From contig JAZONN010000023.1 of assembly GCA_045654485.1 (NCBI GenBank), positions 103,342-167,341 of the forward strand: a stretch of DNA of 64,000 nt. The letters run 5' to 3'. Under the pieces are notes generated by a model that was not told where the DNA came from, did not search any database, and saw nothing but the letters and a program-made list of their open reading frames with translations. Positions 1 through 9,613 of the stretch are shown here, in pieces. The first letter of the stretch is position 1. Every line of letters starts with the position of its first letter. Position numbers and translations under genes: made by a program. Source of the DNA: Candidatus Enterousia sp. GTDB lineage: Bacteria > Pseudomonadota > Alphaproteobacteria > Rs-D84.

Positions 1-2286
1 TACGCCATATATAATGGAAAAGTTTACCGTCTTGGCCGCACGTCGCATTTCTTTGGGGACCGGTTGGTCGTCGGGTATGTTAAATATGCGACGTGCCGTT
101 TGGGCGTGTATGTCGGCACCGTTGCTAAATGTTTCTTTGAATGTTTTGACGTTCGCCATATCGGCCAATAAACGTAATTGAATTTGTGAATAGTCAACCG
201 AGATTAATACATGTCCCAATGGTGCGACAAAGCATTTGCGTATCTGTTCCCCCAGTGCGGTTTTTGCCGGAATGTTTTGCAGGTTCGGATCACGACTGGA
301 CAGGCGGCCGGTGTTGGTGCTGGTTTGCAGGTACGTTGTATGAATGCGGCCGTCGTGTGCGATTTGGTGCGGCAATGCGTCTGCGTATGTGCCGGCCAAC
401 TTTGCGACACTACGCCAATTCAAGATTTTTTCTATAATTGGGTGGGCGTCAATCAAATCGTTTAATGAATCTGCATCCGTTGAACGCTTTTTGTTCGCAG
501 GTAATCCCAGTTCATCATACAGCACGGTACCAAGTTGCTTTGGACTGGCGATATTAAATTCGTGGCCCGATAAATCCCAAATCTGTTGCCCCAGTGTTTG
601 TAACTGTTCATGAAATACAACCGACAGGTCGCCCAAACGTTGGCGGTCAACCAATACGCCGTTGCGTTCCATTTCCAATAATACCGGCATCAATGGTAAA
701 TCACATGTTTCGTATAATTTGCGCAATTCCGGCTGTTTATCCAATTCAGGACGCATTTTATCATACAGCGCACGGCATATGCATGCGTCTTCGGCGGCGT
801 ATGGTGTTGCCGTGTCAATGGCCAAAGTGTCAAAATGCATGTCACAATCGCGGGTTTTGGGTGGAAACAGTGATGAAAATTTAATGTTTTCATGCCCCAG
901 ATATGTTCGTGCCAATTCGTCCAGTCCGTGACCGTGGCGCGCGCCGTACAACGCATATGATATTAACATTGTGTCGTCAATCGGTCGAATTTGGGTCGTA
1001 TCCCAACCTTCGTTCGACATAATGTGTAAATCGTATTTCAAATTGTGACCGATTTTTACAATGTCGGGATTGGTGAAGTACGGCCACAGCGCATCACGTA
1101 CCGCATCAATTGATATTTGGTTTGGGGCCAATGTGTCGGTGCCAAATAAATCCAAGGCGGCCGAACGATGTCTAATGGGGATATATGCGCCGTGGCCGTC
1201 GTCAATTGCAATTGATATGCCAACGATTTTATCGGATATCTGATTTAACCCCGTTGTTTCGGTATCTATTGCCAAAATTTTGTTCACAGATGATAGAAAT
1301 TGACGCAATTGGGAAATTGTGGTTATTGTTTCAAATTCCATTTTTCGTGGCTCTGTCCGTGGGGCAGGTGGGGTAATTTCGCACGCATTGTTTGGAAAAG
1401 AAAACGTCGGTGTGTCGGATGCGGTGTTGGTGTTTGGGAACAGTTTTTCAATCTTGGTCGTCAAAGAATTACTTTCCAATTGGGTGCGAACAAATTCCAA
1501 AGCACCGGTCTTGTTAAATACAAATGGGCGGATTTCCAATCCCGATAAATCTACATCTGTCTTTAAAGTGACCAGTTGGCGTGATATATATGCCATTTCA
1601 CGGTTGTCGTTTAGTAATCCACGTATGCGTTCATTCTTGACGTCGTTTAAATTGGCATATAGGTTATCAAGATTGTCGAATTGGTTGATTAATTCCGCCG
1701 CTTTTTTGGGGCCGATACCTGGGACACCGGGGACGTTGTCGGTCGAATCGCCCATTAATGATTGTACGTCGATTACTTGATCGGGACGGACACCAAATTT
1801 TTCCAATACTGCATCGTGACGGACTTCACGTTGTTTCATGCCGTCATACAGGAATACGCACGGTGATACCAACTGCATTAAATCTTTATCGCTGGTGATG
1901 ATGCGGGTGGCGTCGGTGCGATTGCAATGTGTGTGTGCCAAAGTTGCGATAACATCGTCTGCTTCGACGCCGGCAACACACAGAACCGGAACACCCATTT
2001 GGGATAATCCCTGCTTGATAATATCGCTTTGTGTGATTAAGTCCGCCGGTGTTTCGGAACGGTTGGATTTGTATTCGGCATAGATGCTTTGGCGGAATGT
2101 TTGTCGGGATGCATCAAATACACATACGAATTCATCGTCGGGCTTGGCCGCCGCCAAAATCGGCAGAACCATATTCAGAAATCCATAAACCGCACCGGTC
2201 GGTGTTCCGTCAGAACGGCTAAGACGGCTATGCACACCGTAATATGCCCGAAATAATAAAGAATTCCCATCAATAAGCGTTAGCAT
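1..2286 (-). CDS. polA: DNA polymerase I, first 762 codons (C-terminus runs off the window at position 1)
   Basis: Absent from the ORF track because no stop lies inside the window. My reverse-strand translation from ATG 2286 gives MLTLIDGNSLLFRAYYGVHS...TPTGAVYGFLNM (5'-3' exonuclease N-terminus). The same frame at 60..1 reads VPKEMRRAAKTVNFSIIYGV (polymerase palm motif). No minus-strand ORF starting at 2286 is listed, so the frame stays open. Confidence 0.9.
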   Translation of the reverse strand, partial: MLTLIDGNSLLFRAYYGVHSRLSRSDGTPTGAVYGFLNMVLPILAAAKPDDEFVCVFDASRQTFRQSIYAEYKSNRSETPADLITQSDIIKQGLSQMGVPVLCVAGVEADDVIATLAHTHCNRTDATRIITSDKDLMQLVSPCVFLYDGMKQREVRHDAVLEKFGVRPDQVIDVQSLMGDSTDNVPGVPGIGPKKAAELINQFDNLDNLYANLNDVKNERIRGLLNDNREMAYISRQLVTLKTDVDLSGLEIRPFVFNKTGALEFVRTQLESNSLTTKIEKLFPNTNTASDTPTFSFPNNACEITPPAPRTEPRKMEFETITTISQLRQFLSSVNKILAIDTETTGLNQISDKIVGISIAIDDGHGAYIPIRHRSAALDLFGTDTLAPNQISIDAVRDALWPYFTNPDIVKIGHNLKYDLHIMSNEGWDTTQIRPIDDTMLISYALYGARHGHGLDELARTYLGHENIKFSSLFPPKTRDCDMHFDTLAIDTATPYAAEDACICRALYDKMRPELDKQPELRKLYETCDLPLMPVLLEMERNGVLVDRQRLGDLSVVFHEQLQTLGQQIWDLSGHEFNIASPKQLGTVLYDELGLPANKKRSTDADSLNDLIDAHPIIEKILNWRSVAKLAGTYADALPHQIAHDGRIHTTYLQTSTNTGRLSSRDPNLQNIPAKTALGEQIRKCFVAPLGHVLISVDYSQIQLRLLADMANVKTFKETFSNGADIHAQTARRIFNIPDDQPVPKEMRRAAKTVNFSIIYGV

Positions 2287-2354
2287 TTTTTTGCGTCCCC
2301 GTTCGTCGTTAAATTTGGGGGCATATGCCCCCGTTTTTATATTGGCAATATGTA

Positions 2355-2906
2355 TTAAAATACATAGCGTAATTTTACGCGGCCTTCGTATTGTAATATG
2401 TCTGTTTTGACGTTTGATAATTTCATGGCGTCTGGGATATACAGGGTGCGACCTTCGACGTCGATGTTAAATGGAATCACAGGAACGTTGAATGTTATGC
2501 CAAGCATACCTTGGAATGCAGTTGTGTCTTTGATTGATATTGGGGCCATGTTGTTTGGTTCGTATTTTGCATCAAATGTTTCACCAATGCCGACACCAAT
2601 ATATGGCTTTACCACAGGGGTCGGAATTTTAAAGTATCCATTAACCATGGCAACATCTATTGACATATGGTCGGCGTTAAAACTGCTGTATTCGGCTTCG
2701 AAACGAAGTAGCGGGATATCAATACCCACAACCGCACCGTATGATTTGGATGATTTAGATATATGGTCGTCGTCGGCAAATAATGTGTATCCACCCATGC
2801 CATATGTGCCACCGGCATAGATGTCCAATAATAAGTTTGCATTTGCCACAGCGGTTGATAATATGACGGATGCGATTGAAAAAACAAAAGTAGTTTTTAT
2901 GTTCAT
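2355..2906 (-). CDS. small outer-membrane beta-barrel protein
   Basis: ORF 2355..2957. I start it at internal ATG 2906 (MNIKTTFVFSIASVILSTAVANA signal peptide) because AAGGAGA lies at 2912-2918. It has alternating-strand composition and a C-terminal ...VKLRYVF with terminal Phe. Confidence 0.7.
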   Translation of the reverse strand: MNIKTTFVFSIASVILSTAVANANLLLDIYAGGTYGMGGYTLFADDDHISKSSKSYGAVVGIDIPLLRFEAEYSSFNADHMSIDVAMVNGYFKIPTPVVKPYIGVGIGETFDAKYEPNNMAPISIKDTTAFQGMLGITFNVPVIPFNIDVEGRTLYIPDAMKLSNVKTDILQYEGRVKLRYVF

Positions 2907-2951
2907 GATTTCTCCTTTGTGTGATATCATGATAAAAAAAGGGTATAAAAT

Positions 2952-3473
2952 ATGCAAGAAAATAAACCCATTTTAATCGTCGGATTGGGGAACCCCGGGG
3001 CGGGTTATGCCACCACACGTCATAACGTCGGATTTATGGCGGTCGATGCTTTGGCCGGTGCAGATGCCAAGTGGAAGAAGGAGCATAATGCGTTGACTGT
3101 GAAAACGGAATTTGATGGCCGACGTGTTGTTTTTGTAAAACCACAAACGTTTATGAATAACAGTGGTGTGGCGGTTGCAGCATTAATGGCTTTTTATAAG
3201 ATACCGTTGGAAAATATTATTGTAATCCATGATGATATGGACATTCCGGTTGGGGATTGCCGCACTAAAATTGGTGGGGGCAGTGCCGGTCATAACGGAA
3301 TTCGATCAATTGATGCGCATGTCGGACGTGATTATAAGCGTATTCGTATCGGTATCGGTCATCCCCGTGATTTTGATTTGCAAATGGATCCGGCGGATTG
3401 GGTTTTGGGCAAATTTGGTCAGGTTCAATTGGGTATTATTGGCCGTACGATTGATAATTTAGAATTATTTTGA
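2952..3473 (+). CDS. pth: peptidyl-tRNA hydrolase
   Basis: 173 aa. N-terminal ILIVGLGNPGAGYATTRHNVGF and HNGIRSI motifs are typical of Pth. It ends in TGA. Confidence 0.92.
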   Translation: MQENKPILIVGLGNPGAGYATTRHNVGFMAVDALAGADAKWKKEHNALTVKTEFDGRRVVFVKPQTFMNNSGVAVAALMAFYKIPLENIIVIHDDMDIPVGDCRTKIGGGSAGHNGIRSIDAHVGRDYKRIRIGIGHPRDFDLQMDPADWVLGKFGQVQLGIIGRTIDNLELF

Positions 3474-4856
3474 TGAATAGGGTATTTTTAGGTCTGGTAT
3501 AGTAAAACAGGCGTCACCGTGGCAAAAATTTGTTTCGCCACTGAGATAGCAATCTGCTATTTCGTCTGAACCACCATCTGATGTACTGCCGGCGGGGCAT
3601 GGGTTTTGGGTGCCACCGTCACAGTAATATCCCGCATCGCATTTTTTCCATTCGGCGGTTAATGTCATGTCGTTGCCACCGGATATGTTTGAAATATTGG
3701 CGCCGGATTCATATATCTTATCTTTGTCAGAACAGCCATCGGTGCATTTCCATCCGGTGATATATTGTCCGGTGGTGTTGCATGTGTTGTCATATTTCAA
3801 GTAACAAGGTGTATCGTATGTGCAATCTTGTGTTTTTGTTGGGCATTTATTATCGGTGTCGTACGTGACCTTAAATTCTTTTGCTTTCCATACGGCGGTG
3901 AATGTAACATCGCCCAAGCTGTCTTCGGTCAGATATACTTCAGAGTCGATGCTAATTGTGCCGCCGGATTCAATTTGTTTTGGTGCGCCTCCGGGGCTGT
4001 GGACCAACAGTTTTCTGTTGGCTTTCCAATCGCCGGTGAAATCGTAACCTGTTTTTTGGGTAAAGCAGGGCGTTGCTTCTGGTATACCCTGTATATTGTC
4101 ATCTGTGCAATCGATAGTGGGGATTGTGTGTGCATTGATCAGTGTGAGTTTTGATAGAGAATTCCAACAATCAGATGAATTTGGTTCTGCGCAGTATTCG
4201 GCCGAATAAGCAATTAATGCGCAATCGTTACTGTCGGCATTTGTGGTGTTTGTGATATTGTCGCCGTAATAATATCCGTATTCGCAGTCGCAGTTTGTGT
4301 GGTCGGCGTTATGTGTGGCGTTGTTGCCACATTCTTTGCATTGTGTTTCAGTGGGTATGTTTTCGGCACTCACTGTAATTCCGTATGGATTGTTTGGGTC
4401 GCTTCCGTGTGTAAGTGAAAAAGATGCAGAATTTGGCTTATAGGTGTTGGTTAGACATTGGCGCACGTTATAAACCCATATATTATCATCAATTGCCAGT
4501 TCATAACCTGCGGGAATTGTTAAGTTTAGTTGACAGTTGTTTAAACTTGTTTTTCCGGTTTCGCCAATCCAGGAATAGAATTTGCTGCTAATGTTGGTGT
4601 GGATTTGCCATGGCCAAAGGCAGGTGCGACATTCTGTGCCTCGTATACTGCCAAGCAGCAGATCTTCAAGGGAGGGTGGTTGGTTTTGGTATGTGCCAGC
4701 AGGGCAGGCGACGCATTTGTTGTTGTAATATCCACAACCCGCTAAGCTGCACTTTTGGTCATGGTTTATGTAATATTGTTGACATTCGTCATTTGTTGCC
4801 GCCATGGACATGGTGGGGCAAAGTGATAAAAATAATGGTATTATATATTTTCTCAT
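3465..4856 (-). CDS. secreted Cys-rich protein with TNFR/ephrin-receptor-like CxxCPxGTY motifs and two Listeria-Bacteroides (Flg_new)-like repeats
   Basis: 463 aa with signal peptide MRKYIIPLFLSLCPTMSMA. Motifs CVACPAGTYQNQ and CDAGYYCDGGTQNPCPAGSTSDGGS are present. The repeat signatures are GYDFTGDW...FTAVWKA and YITGWKC...LTAEWKK. Confidence 0.6.
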   Translation of the reverse strand: MRKYIIPLFLSLCPTMSMAATNDECQQYYINHDQKCSLAGCGYYNNKCVACPAGTYQNQPPSLEDLLLGSIRGTECRTCLWPWQIHTNISSKFYSWIGETGKTSLNNCQLNLTIPAGYELAIDDNIWVYNVRQCLTNTYKPNSASFSLTHGSDPNNPYGITVSAENIPTETQCKECGNNATHNADHTNCDCEYGYYYGDNITNTTNADSNDCALIAYSAEYCAEPNSSDCWNSLSKLTLINAHTIPTIDCTDDNIQGIPEATPCFTQKTGYDFTGDWKANRKLLVHSPGGAPKQIESGGTISIDSEVYLTEDSLGDVTFTAVWKAKEFKVTYDTDNKCPTKTQDCTYDTPCYLKYDNTCNTTGQYITGWKCTDGCSDKDKIYESGANISNISGGNDMTLTAEWKKCDAGYYCDGGTQNPCPAGSTSDGGSDEIADCYLSGETNFCHGDACFTIPDLKIPYSSK

Positions 4857-4896
4857 CCTGAATGTGATGTTAGTAAAAATGTGGGGTGGGGTGCAA

Positions 4897-4929
4897 TAAA
4901 AAAATCCGATGGGAATATCGGATTTTTTT
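4897..4929. terminator. bidirectional intrinsic terminator hairpin
   Basis: AATCCGAT-GGGAAT-ATCGGATT, flanked by an A-run on one side and a T-run on the other. It lies between two minus-strand genes. Confidence 0.65.
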
Positions 4930-4933
4930 GTGT

Positions 4934-7813
4934 CTATTCATATTTTATATACCAATTGTATGTAGCATCAGTGATATCGGTGATTTGTTCGTTGTTGGTA
5001 TTATAATAATACTGGCTTGGGTTATATATGGCGTCATGATCATTAATTGTGTTATAATTGACGGATTGGTTTTGGTTATTGATAACAACGAATTTTCCGG
5101 CGCAGTTGATATTTTGACCGTTTGGGAAAGTGTCTGTTTTGTTATCGGCCTCATCTGTTTCGCCCAGACATATAATGGTATATTTGTCATTGGCGGCGAC
5201 AATGGTGTATGTTCCTTCGGGTAGGCATAGTTTTGTGCCGTTGTCCCAGTATTGTATGAATGCGGCGGATTCAAACATATTTTTTTCTGCTGGTGTTGTA
5301 ATTGTGTTTTGACAACAGTGACCGAAAGAGTCCTGGGCCTCTTCTGTGTGACAACAATTGGTTATATCGTCGATCACTTTGAATTTTTTCTTTGGTGTCA
5401 CACAAACGTTGCCGGTACTGTCAAGTGTGTTGGAGTCCTGGCATAGGCCGTTTATGTCCAGTTTATAACCCGCACCGCATGATGTGTCGCGACAATTGTC
5501 GATTTTTCCCGATGTGCCGGTGTTGCGTGCGAACCAAGATAGCAATGTTTCATTTTTATCGTTCTGATCCATCTCCCATATGCGATTCGTGTCGAATTCA
5601 TCCTCTATGTTTTGTTGTGGTTGATATTCGCAATTACCCCATATTTGTTCGGCTAAACGGCATACACCACAATCTTCGTTGTTGTCCTCGTCCTCGCAAT
5701 ATTTACACAGGTCTTCTACACGTGTTTGGTCAGGTGTTTGGTCTGCAGGTTCTTCTGAAATGGTTGTAGTGGTGTTGTCACGTACGGCGGTGGCGCCGTA
5801 TAATTGGGTGTATATGTGGCCCTTTGTGGCTGATGCTTCTCGGTCTTGGTCTGCTAAGATGGCATTTACTGTATCAACGCCGGCGTTGGCAATGCAATCG
5901 TATACTTCGTCCCAGCATGCGGTGCGATTAACGATGGATTTGCGGTTAATAGATGTGTTCATGTTTTCGCATAGGCCGAAATTCCCCGTAATGGATGTGC
6001 AAACCTGAATTATGCATGCGCGACCAACTTCGCGGCATGTGTGCAGTATGGTCGCATAAGTTGTTTCGTTCATTATGTCTGTTGCGCCATCAAGCCATGG
6101 GTTGGTGGCCGTTTCGCCGTCGTCCGTTGTTTGTAATACCGCCGAACAAGTGTTTATAACATCTTCGCACATTGCTTTGGCCGTTTTGTCGGCAGATACA
6201 CCAAAAATAGATAATGCACGGCCATCCAAATCGGTAATAGATTTTAATGTGTCGCTGTAACATTGGGCCGTTAATGTGGTGCAGGATTGGCGAACATCCT
6301 CTAACTTCCTATCTTGGGCCAATTTAATTTGTGACAGTGCGTCTTCTATAAATGAATTCCATACGTATTCGGATATGTCTTGGCAATTTTCCATTGCGGG
6401 TTCCAAGAATTTCTTTTTGGATTCCAAAAATGTGACAAAGCGTTGATTGTTTGTGGTGGTTGTCCATGTTTGACCCGATGTTGGGCGGGTGATTAATGTG
6501 CTTAATTGGGCCAATTCAGGGGTTAAAAACGCCGTGCCGGTTGTTGGATCAATATAGCGACCCGATGTGTCCAAGCATTTGCCCATGTCTGAACCGCAAA
6601 CGGTTGAATCGGTTAACATTTCCAACATTTTGTTTTTACAGGTTAAAATGTCGTCTGAATTGCGTTTTTGATGTATGTCAAGGCGGGACATATCCAATAA
6701 TGCGCTGCTTTCAAAAATGCGTTCACGTGCTTGGTCGGTTTTTGCCTGATATGATTTGGCAACGGTGTTGCAGTCCTGCTCTATCAGCATTTTGTATCCG
6801 CTTTCGGCGATAGATAGTTCGTCGGGGGAACAAATTTCGGCCGCCATTTCACGGCATATTGGCAACGCCGCTGCGTGCAGGGCGGGGCCACTTTTTGTTG
6901 TGGTTGATGCGCCGCGCATAGAATCAATGTTGTCGAATGCCGAATCGATATCAAGCGACATAGATATGGGGGCCAAACTCTGATTAAATGCATTGTTGTC
7001 AAAGCTGGTGTTTAATTTTTTTGCAATTTCATCCAGCATTTTTTTTGATGCCGATGTGTCTTTGGTATTGTATGCGATTTCGCCTTCGGTTGCAGTGTTG
7101 ATTGCCGCCGCATCTTCTTTGTCCAGATTAACAGTTAATAGACGTTGCCCAAAGTCCAATAATTTGTCGTCCGCCGCATCCAATATTTTTTGGGTCTTGT
7201 TAAATTCATTAAGACGGGTTGAGCATGCACAACGTTTTAACTGGGTGTCCTTGTTGGCGCAGAATTCGTCCATGCAACCGTAAAATGTTTCACGGCATTT
7301 GGTATAGTTGCGTGATATGATTTCCGGTGCTGTTAATGCCGCACGTGATGTTGTTGTGCCACGTAATCGATTCGTTGATGTGGTTGTGCGTTGGGTGGCG
7401 ATTGGCCGTGGGGCGTGCGTTGTGCGTGGTGTCGAAGTAGTGCGTGCGGTGGTTGGTTGTTCCGTTGTACGTGGAATAGATGCCGTACGTGCATTAACGT
7501 TGCCGGTGGTGGTGCGTTGAACAATATTCTTTTGTGTGGTTGTTTGTGGGCGTGGGGCGATATTCAGATTGCCTGTGTTGCGTTCACGGATTGGTGTTGC
7601 AGGTTGTATGTCGGTTGATCGTGAATATGATGCGGCCGGTGTGGTGTTTTGTAATTTTGATTCCGAAGACACGTTTTTTTGACGTGTTGTCTGGGTGGTG
7701 GTTGTGTCACGACGTGTGGCCGCACGTGCAATATCTGATGCGTCATCAGCCACCGCGTGCCGAAATACAAGCGGTGCAAGCAATACAGCAAAAAGTAATT
7801 TAAATCCCTTCAT
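4934..7813 (-). CDS. large secreted protein: Thr/Arg-rich low-complexity region followed by a multi-Cys domain (family shared with 43875..44807)
   Basis: ORF 4934..7948, but its first 45 codons overlap tRNA-Leu. I start at ATG 7813 (MKGFKLLFAVLLAPLVFRHAVA signal peptide). Contains the motif CRETFYGCMDEFCANKDTQLKRCACSTRL. Confidence 0.7.
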   Translation of the reverse strand: MKGFKLLFAVLLAPLVFRHAVADDASDIARAATRRDTTTTQTTRQKNVSSESKLQNTTPAASYSRSTDIQPATPIRERNTGNLNIAPRPQTTTQKNIVQRTTTGNVNARTASIPRTTEQPTTARTTSTPRTTHAPRPIATQRTTTSTNRLRGTTTSRAALTAPEIISRNYTKCRETFYGCMDEFCANKDTQLKRCACSTRLNEFNKTQKILDAADDKLLDFGQRLLTVNLDKEDAAAINTATEGEIAYNTKDTSASKKMLDEIAKKLNTSFDNNAFNQSLAPISMSLDIDSAFDNIDSMRGASTTTKSGPALHAAALPICREMAAEICSPDELSIAESGYKMLIEQDCNTVAKSYQAKTDQARERIFESSALLDMSRLDIHQKRNSDDILTCKNKMLEMLTDSTVCGSDMGKCLDTSGRYIDPTTGTAFLTPELAQLSTLITRPTSGQTWTTTTNNQRFVTFLESKKKFLEPAMENCQDISEYVWNSFIEDALSQIKLAQDRKLEDVRQSCTTLTAQCYSDTLKSITDLDGRALSIFGVSADKTAKAMCEDVINTCSAVLQTTDDGETATNPWLDGATDIMNETTYATILHTCREVGRACIIQVCTSITGNFGLCENMNTSINRKSIVNRTACWDEVYDCIANAGVDTVNAILADQDREASATKGHIYTQLYGATAVRDNTTTTISEEPADQTPDQTRVEDLCKYCEDEDNNEDCGVCRLAEQIWGNCEYQPQQNIEDEFDTNRIWEMDQNDKNETLLSWFARNTGTSGKIDNCRDTSCGAGYKLDINGLCQDSNTLDSTGNVCVTPKKKFKVIDDITNCCHTEEAQDSFGHCCQNTITTPAEKNMFESAAFIQYWDNGTKLCLPEGTYTIVAANDKYTIICLGETDEADNKTDTFPNGQNINCAGKFVVINNQNQSVNYNTINDHDAIYNPSQYYYNTNNEQITDITDATYNWYIKYE

Positions 7814-7901
7814 CCTTTGATATATGGATGTTAGCAAATTTATAAAAAACGGGGCAAGTACAAAATTTACGAAAAAATAGAACTTTATTATATTTGCGAC
7901 G

Positions 7902-7986
7902 TGGTGCGACCAGGGGGACTTGAACCCCCAAGGGTTGCCCCACAGCATCCTTAGTGCTGCGTGTCTACCAATTCCACCATGATCGC
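7902..7986 (-). tRNA. tRNA-Leu, anticodon AAG (type II, long variable arm, CCA encoded)
   Basis: Reverse complement folds as GCGATCA-TG-GTG G AATTGGTAGA CAC-G-CAGCA[CTAAGGA]TGCTG-TGGGGCAACCCTTG-GGGGG TTCAAGT CCCCC-TGGTCGC-A-CCA. The anticodon loop is C-U-A-A-G-G-A. Confidence 0.85.
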
Positions 7987-8073
7987 ACGTGCATTGGATA
8001 TTTTTACAATATCAGATTTGTTTTTCAAGATTTTTTATGATAAAATATTTTTGATATAGGAAAGGAATATTCT

Positions 8074-9612
8074 ATGAAGATTTTACCATTGGTTGTTGGT
8101 TGGGCTGTTTTGGGGGTGATGCCGGTTGCTGTTAATGCGGCGGGGACTTATTATACAGGGAATTATCAATCGCCCCAGGTTGGGTATGCCCAGCGTGCAT
8201 ATGCACAACGTAATCAAAACGCAAATTATTCGTCCCAAGGTGTTTCGGCATATAATAGAAATCAATATGCAAATGCTGGGTATAGTGCTCCTGCATCAAA
8301 TGGTCGTGCGGCACAAACACGTCTACAGGGCAGGGGGGCAACACAGAATGCGGCAAATGTTATGTCGAACAAGGGGGGGCTTACGCTGGATGCGGGAATT
8401 TCACGTCAGATGGCGGCTTGGAATTTCGAAATGAAGGAGTCCGGTTCTATTTTACGCTATGATGATATTAGTTGGAATGTGTTTGATGTGAATGCCGACT
8501 ATGATTTTATGTTGGGACAGACACCAATGCGTTTGAGTGCCGGCTTGCAGTATGGTATGCAGGCAGGTGAAGCAAATATGATTGACGATGATATCACCAA
8601 TGGTGGGTATTTTGTCGTTCAATGGGTTGATACGTCGGGTAATGTTTTGGGGGATCAAGTTGGGCATGCGTTGTCTGTTGGAACTAGTTCGGATGGCGAT
8701 ATGCTGGGGTTTAATGTTGGTATTGGTTTAACGGATTTTATGCGTTGGGGCAACTTAAAAATTACACCAACGGTTGGATGGCGTCACTTGAAATATAAAT
8801 TAGAAACAAAAAATAACAAAGGGATGTCGGTTGAAACCTTTGGTGGAACGGGTGGTTGCTTTACGGTTGATGGTACGAATGAAGTCAACTGTGATCCTAT
8901 ACTGATTTTCTATGACAGAAATGGTAATGCACTGTTGGCGGTGCGTGGTGACACCAATGGGGATGATAAATTGGATTTTAATGATGAAATTGTAATTCCA
9001 ACCCCCGGCAGTGGTATGGGCAGTATTGAATTTGTAAGCCCGGGCGATACGTATTATTTTGAGCAACCTGGTGTTACCCATTCTTATGAAGTTGAATGGT
9101 CGGGACCATATTTTGCGTTGGATATGTTGTATGATATTAATACAACAAATTCGGTTAATGGCTATGTTGAATTGGGGTTGCCGTCGTATAGTGCGATTGG
9201 TGATCAACCATACAGATTTGATTGGGCGCATCCAAAATCTGTGGAAGATGAAGCGGGGATTGGTTCGGCGTTCCATTTAGGTATGGGGGCAACATGGTCA
9301 ACGGCGATTACAGATTCTGTGGCCTTGTCGATTGGTTTGACATATGATTATTATACCGTGTCGGATGCGGATGCAAAAACGTATTTAAATGGTGCGTTGT
9401 ATTCGGATTATTATAATACTATTTTGGATTATTGGGAACAAGATGGTAAAACCGAGGCAGATATGTTGAATCCGGAAACGGGTGATGCACAGGCAATTGC
9501 AATCAAGCAATTAGAAGAAGAATGTCCAGGTTGGGTATGTTCGGCCGCAGGTGAAATAGAATCTTTCTATAAATCCATGGGTGTTCGTGTTGGGTTAAAT
9601 GCAAAGTTCTAA
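8074..9612 (+). CDS. outer-membrane beta-barrel protein (unknown family)
   Basis: 512 aa with signal peptide MKILPLVVGWAVLGVMPVAVNA, RBS GGAAAGGA upstream and C-terminal ...VGLNAKF. Confidence 0.65.
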   Translation: MKILPLVVGWAVLGVMPVAVNAAGTYYTGNYQSPQVGYAQRAYAQRNQNANYSSQGVSAYNRNQYANAGYSAPASNGRAAQTRLQGRGATQNAANVMSNKGGLTLDAGISRQMAAWNFEMKESGSILRYDDISWNVFDVNADYDFMLGQTPMRLSAGLQYGMQAGEANMIDDDITNGGYFVVQWVDTSGNVLGDQVGHALSVGTSSDGDMLGFNVGIGLTDFMRWGNLKITPTVGWRHLKYKLETKNNKGMSVETFGGTGGCFTVDGTNEVNCDPILIFYDRNGNALLAVRGDTNGDDKLDFNDEIVIPTPGSGMGSIEFVSPGDTYYFEQPGVTHSYEVEWSGPYFALDMLYDINTTNSVNGYVELGLPSYSAIGDQPYRFDWAHPKSVEDEAGIGSAFHLGMGATWSTAITDSVALSIGLTYDYYTVSDADAKTYLNGALYSDYYNTILDYWEQDGKTEADMLNPETGDAQAIAIKQLEEECPGWVCSAAGEIESFYKSMGVRVGLNAKF

Positions 9613-9613
9613 G

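Noticed and set aside
2320-2342. GGGGGCATATGCCCCC palindrome between polA and the OMP gene as a terminator
   Set aside because: On the strand where it would terminate the OMP gene it is followed by AAATTT rather than a U-run. It is a plausible hairpin, but I cannot support a terminator call.
7814-7948. N-terminal 45-codon extension of the 1004-aa ORF (track start 7948)
   Set aside because: It overlaps tRNA-Leu (7902-7986) on the same strand and lacks a signal peptide. The internal ATG 7813 gives a clean signal peptide.
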